Program-made: the position numbers and the translations under genes
In this document: in pieces, positions 59,869 through 64,000 of the stretch
How the letters are laid out: every line of letters starts with the position of its first letter
Numbering within the stretch: position 1 is the first letter of the stretch
Notes under the pieces: model-generated
Told to the model about the DNA's origin: nothing
Seen by the model: only the letters and a program-made list of their open reading frames with translations
The model's database searches: none
Assembly (NCBI GenBank): GCA_963677435.1
Contig: OY781945.1
Coordinates: 2,400,001-2,464,000 of the forward strand
DNA length: 64,000 bases
Source of the DNA: an uncultured Aliarcobacter sp.
GTDB lineage: Bacteria > Campylobacterota > Campylobacteria > Campylobacterales > Arcobacteraceae
Direction of reading: 5' to 3'

Positions 59869-62800
59869 ATGCTAAAAATTTTCCTAAAAATTCTTTTAAT
59901 TCCTTTTTTATTTATTTCTCTTCATGCTGAAGAAAAAGTAACTTTACAACTCAAATGGTTTCACCAATTTCAATTTGCTGGTTATTATGCTGCTAAAGAA
60001 AAAGGCTTTTACAAAGATGTTGGATTAGATGTTGATATTAAACAAAGAGATATTAAATATAATAATATAGAAGAAGTTATGAAAGACAAAGCTCAATATG
60101 GAGTTGCAGATTCTATTTTGATACTTTATAAAGCACATGGAGAACCTATAGTTATAGTATCTCCTATTTTTCAACATAACCCTAGTGCTTTAATATCTTT
60201 AAAAAATAGTGGTATTAATTCTCCTTATGATTTAAATGGAAAAGATGTTCTTTTTTATCCAAATGACACAGATGGTTTTTCACTATTAGCTATGATGAAA
60301 AAGTTAAATGTAAAACCAAATTTAATTAGAGAACGAGAAAAAGATGATTATTTAAAACTAATGGATAAAAAAGTTGATGTTTCTCCTGTATATCTGAGTA
60401 ATGAACCTTTTTATTTTAAAGAAAAAAATATTGATATAAATATTATGAATCCTGCTAATTATGGTTTTGATTTTTATGGTGATATTTTATTTACTAGTGA
60501 AAAAGAAGCAAAAGAAAATCCTTTAAGAGTTAAAAAATTTAAAGAAGCAACTCTAAAAGGTTGGGATTATGCTTTAGAACACCAAGAAGAAATTATTCAG
60601 CTAATACATAACAAATACAATTCTGAAAAATCTCTTGATCATTTGAGATATGAAGCAAAAGCTATAGAAAAACTTGTTTCAAAAGAAACAATACCTTTAG
60701 GGAGTGTTGACAAAGGAAGAATAAGATATATCACAGATTTATATAGTGAATATGGAGCAAATGTAAAATCTTTTAATATAAATGATTTTATATTTGAAAA
60801 TTACACTAAAGATAATTTAAATCTAAATTTGACTCAAGAAGAACAAAAATATTTAGAAGAGCATCCAATATTAAAAGTACAAAATTTAGCTGAATTTCCT
60901 CCTTATAATTTTTATAAAAATGATAAACCTCAAGGTTACACAGTTGATTATATGAATTTGATGGCAAAAAATCTAGGAGTTAAAATAGAATTTATTAGTC
61001 AAAAGAGTTGGAAAGAATATTTAGATATGCTAAAAAATGGTCAACTTGATATTATACCTCATATCGCAATTAACAAAGAAAGAAGTGAATTTGTAGATTT
61101 TACTAATATTGAACATGTAGATTATAAGCCAAGTTTAGCTGTTAGAAAAGGTTCAGGTATTAACTCTTTTAATGATTTAAAAGATAAAACAATATCAGTA
61201 TTAGATAAATCTTTTTTACAAACAATTTTAAAAGATAAATATCCTAATCAAAAACTCTATTTAGCAGATACAACAATAGAAGGTGTAGAAGCAGTATCAA
61301 ATGGTAAAGCTGATGCTTTTATTGGAAATTTAGCAACCACAGAATATTACATAAATGAGAATTGGTTAAGTAATTTAGAAACAATTCAATTAGAAAATAT
61401 TCAATATATTCCAAAAGATGAAATCTTATATATGGGTGTTTCAAAAGGAAATACTCTACTTAAATCAATATTAGAAAAAGTAAATAATGAAATATCTCAT
61501 AATAAAGTTATAGATTTAAAAGAAAAGTGGCTAAACATTAAACCATCAAGCAATATGAAATTTAGTGATGATCAACATAAATACATATTAAATAAGAAAA
61601 AACTTAAAATGTGTATAGATCCAAACTGGTTGCCTTTTGAAAAAATAGAGAATGGTAAACATATAGGTATGACAGCTGACTATATAAAACTATTTCAAGA
61701 AAATTTACCTATTCCAATTGAATTAGTTAAAAGTAAAGATTGGTTAGATACTATCTCTTTAGCTCAAAATAGAACTTGTGATTTTGTTACTATGATGGTT
61801 GATACAAAAACACGCCATGAATATTTTAATTTCACTAAAGATTTAATGAATGTACCTTTAGTTATTGCAACAAAAGTTGACAAACCCTTTGTAAATGATA
61901 TTTCAAATGTATTATCTAAAAAACTAGCTATCGCAAAAGATTATGGATATACTGAAATACTAAAAAACAAATACCCAAACATAAATATTATAGAAGTTAA
62001 AGATGCTAAAGAAGGATTATTAAAAGTTGATAGAAATGAAGTTTATGGTTTTATTGGTGTACTTCCAGTAGTTGCCTATAATATTCAAGAAAATTTTGTT
62101 GCAAATCTAAAAATAGCAGGTAAATTAGATATAACAATTGGTTTTCCTATGTCAACTAGAAATGATGAACCATACTTAAATGAGATAATGAATAAATTAA
62201 TATCAAATATTCCTATAGAAAAAAATAAAGAAATTTTAAATAAATGGCTATCAATAAAATATGAAGAGAGCATAGATTTTAAACCTTTATTTTATGTTAT
62301 ATCTATTTTCACGATTATACTTATTATTATAATAATCAAAAATAGAGATATTAGAAAACTGAACAATAAACTTTCAAAATATATAGATGTTGTAGATAAC
62401 AATGTTTTAACTTCAACAACGGATAAGAAAGGAAGAATAGTCTCTGTTTCCAAAGCATTTTGCGATATTAGTGAATATACAAAAGAAGAGCTTTTAGGTA
62501 ATAATCATAGAATGATAAGACATGAAGATATGCCTCAAGAGTTATTTATTCAACTGTGGGAAACAATTACAAGTGGAAAAATATGGAGAGGTGAGCTAAA
62601 AAACAAAAAGAAAAATGGAGGATATTATTGGGTTGATGCAATAATCTCTCCAATTTTTGATGAGAAAAAAAATATTATAGGTTATACAGCTATTCGTCAC
62701 GATATAAGTGATAAAAAAAGAATAGAAGAACTATCTATTAAAGATGAATTAACAAGTCTTTATAATAGAAGATATTTTAATGAAATTTTTGAAAAAGAGA

Positions 62801-63243
62801 TAAATCGAGCAAAAAGAGACAATCATTTTTTTGCATTAATCATATTAGATGTTGATTTTTTCAAACAATATAATGACTTTTATGGTCATCAAAAAGGTGA
62901 TTATGTTTTAGAAAGTATTGGTAAAAGATTAATTGAAATATGTAAACGCTCTTCTGATACTGCATTTAGAATTGGTGGGGAAGAGTTTGCGATAATATTT
63001 ACACCAAGAGATAAAAATGATGCTCTTAATTTTGCTAAATTAGTCAATCAAAAGATTGAAGATTTAGAAATAGAACATAAACATAATAAAGCAAGCAATT
63101 ATATAACTGCTTCTATTGGATTGTATATAGCTTATGCTCATGAAATTGAAACATCTGAGCATATTTATAATCATGCTGATAGTGCTTTATATAAAGCAAA
63201 AGAGAGTGGAAGAAATCAATTTGTTTTATATGAGAAAAACTAG
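59869..63243 (+). CDS. Membrane diguanylate cyclase: NMT1/THI5-like + two SBP_bac_3-like sensors, TM, PAS, GGDEF
   Basis: LKWFHQFQFAGYYAAKEKGFY, two PBP domains, PAS (W.G...NKKKNG..YWV), RSSD I-site and GGEEF; ATG at 59869 lies after TATAAT at 59841. Confidence 0.92.
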   Translation: MLKIFLKILLIPFLFISLHAEEKVTLQLKWFHQFQFAGYYAAKEKGFYKDVGLDVDIKQRDIKYNNIEEVMKDKAQYGVADSILILYKAHGEPIVIVSPIFQHNPSALISLKNSGINSPYDLNGKDVLFYPNDTDGFSLLAMMKKLNVKPNLIREREKDDYLKLMDKKVDVSPVYLSNEPFYFKEKNIDINIMNPANYGFDFYGDILFTSEKEAKENPLRVKKFKEATLKGWDYALEHQEEIIQLIHNKYNSEKSLDHLRYEAKAIEKLVSKETIPLGSVDKGRIRYITDLYSEYGANVKSFNINDFIFENYTKDNLNLNLTQEEQKYLEEHPILKVQNLAEFPPYNFYKNDKPQGYTVDYMNLMAKNLGVKIEFISQKSWKEYLDMLKNGQLDIIPHIAINKERSEFVDFTNIEHVDYKPSLAVRKGSGINSFNDLKDKTISVLDKSFLQTILKDKYPNQKLYLADTTIEGVEAVSNGKADAFIGNLATTEYYINENWLSNLETIQLENIQYIPKDEILYMGVSKGNTLLKSILEKVNNEISHNKVIDLKEKWLNIKPSSNMKFSDDQHKYILNKKKLKMCIDPNWLPFEKIENGKHIGMTADYIKLFQENLPIPIELVKSKDWLDTISLAQNRTCDFVTMMVDTKTRHEYFNFTKDLMNVPLVIATKVDKPFVNDISNVLSKKLAIAKDYGYTEILKNKYPNINIIEVKDAKEGLLKVDRNEVYGFIGVLPVVAYNIQENFVANLKIAGKLDITIGFPMSTRNDEPYLNEIMNKLISNIPIEKNKEILNKWLSIKYEESIDFKPLFYVISIFTIILIIIIIKNRDIRKLNNKLSKYIDVVDNNVLTSTTDKKGRIVSVSKAFCDISEYTKEELLGNNHRMIRHEDMPQELFIQLWETITSGKIWRGELKNKKKNGGYYWVDAIISPIFDEKKNIIGYTAIRHDISDKKRIEELSIKDELTSLYNRRYFNEIFEKEINRAKRDNHFFALIILDVDFFKQYNDFYGHQKGDYVLESIGKRLIEICKRSSDTAFRIGGEEFAIIFTPRDKNDALNFAKLVNQKIEDLEIEHKHNKASNYITASIGLYIAYAHEIETSEHIYNHADSALYKAKESGRNQFVLYEKN

Positions 63244-63256
63244 ATCATATAGGATT

Positions 63257-64000
63257 TTAGTTTTTTTTAATTACAACTTTATTTCTACCACTATTTTTCG
63301 CCTCATAAAGAGCATCATCTGCTCTTTTTAAAATAGAATCTATTGTGTCATTAGTTTCATAAATACTTATTCCAAAACTAACTGTAATTTGTTCTATTTC
63401 TAAAAAATTATAATTTTGAATATAATTTCTTAAGTTCTCAGCTAACTCTTTTATTCCATTTTCATTTGATTCAGGGCAAATGATTAAAAACTCTTCACCG
63501 CCCCATCTTCCGATACTATCTGTTACTCTTGTATTTGCTTTTAAAATATTGGCAATTCCTATTAAAACTTTATCTCCTATTTGGTGTCCATAAGTATCAT
63601 TTATTTTTTTAAAATAATCAATGTCTAAAAAAGCTATTCCAAAGGTATAATTAAATCTTTCACTTCTATTTATTTCACTTTGTAAAATTTCATCTAATTT
63701 TGCTCTATTGAATACTTCAGTTAATTTATCTGTAATAGCTAATTTTTGAAGTTCTTCATTTTTCAATTCTATTTGTTTATGTGCTTCTTGTAAAAGTCTA
63801 TTTGCTTTAGAAATTTTCCTATTCCAATATATAAAAATTATTATTAAAATAATTGCTAAAAAAAGGATCTTCCAAGTAAGAGAATAATCAATCCCTTTTT
63901 CATATTTTATTGATACCCATTTATTTAAAATTTTTCTTTGTTGGTCTGAGTTTATTGTTTTGATAGCTTTTTGTAAAATATTTAATAAAACAATATCATC
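63257..64000 (-). CDS. Membrane diguanylate cyclase, C-terminal part (5' truncated by the window)
   Basis: Frame stays open to the window end (..KILNKWVSIKYEKGIDYSLTWK-TM-WNRK..); DIDYFKKINDTYGH, RVTD, RWGGEEF. Confidence 0.92.
   Translation of the reverse strand, partial: DDIVLLNILQKAIKTINSDQQRKILNKWVSIKYEKGIDYSLTWKILFLAIILIIIFIYWNRKISKANRLLQEAHKQIELKNEELQKLAITDKLTEVFNRAKLDEILQSEINRSERFNYTFGIAFLDIDYFKKINDTYGHQIGDKVLIGIANILKANTRVTDSIGRWGGEEFLIICPESNENGIKELAENLRNYIQNYNFLEIEQITVSFGISIYETNDTIDSILKRADDALYEAKNSGRNKVVIKKN

Noticed and set aside
63257..63766. Stand-alone 169-aa GGDEF protein as given in the ORF track
   Set aside because: The frame stays open to position 64000 through a TM helix, so it is the tail of a longer gene
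1..64000. CRISPR arrays, tRNA/rRNA genes, IS elements and defence systems
   Set aside because: No regularly spaced repeats, cloverleaf motifs, transposase or defence-type ORFs recognised by eye; not confirmed computationally

Overview
Strongly AT-rich chromosomal segment of a Campylobacterota bacterium, most likely Arcobacteraceae. The assignment is inferred from epsilon-type RecO, CheZ and MurF, an S10-spc cluster without rpmD, and many MCPs and GGDEF proteins. Most of the window is core genome: motAB, three MCPs, uvrC-alr, two head-to-head adenylate kinases, aspS, the rpsJ-to-infA ribosomal protein cluster, ruvA-ddl-murF, thiL-truD, recO and ychF. An accessory region at about 54.3-59.8 kb holds five lipoprotein genes, a secreted amidohydrolase-fold protein and three small stress-type genes, and is followed by two convergent diguanylate cyclases. 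By eye I found no rRNA, tRNA, CRISPR array, integrase or transposase. The best leads for undescribed biology are (1) a soluble tandem-Cache/CheW protein next to a histidine-free ZnuA-like protein, (2) a small HTH gene with a repeat-containing promoter and a long G-U-rich, strand-specific 3' RNA hairpin, (3) a three-hairpin leader that occludes the truD ribosome-binding site, and (4) the lipoprotein array next to ychF. All product calls come from motif recognition only; no database search or folding program was run.
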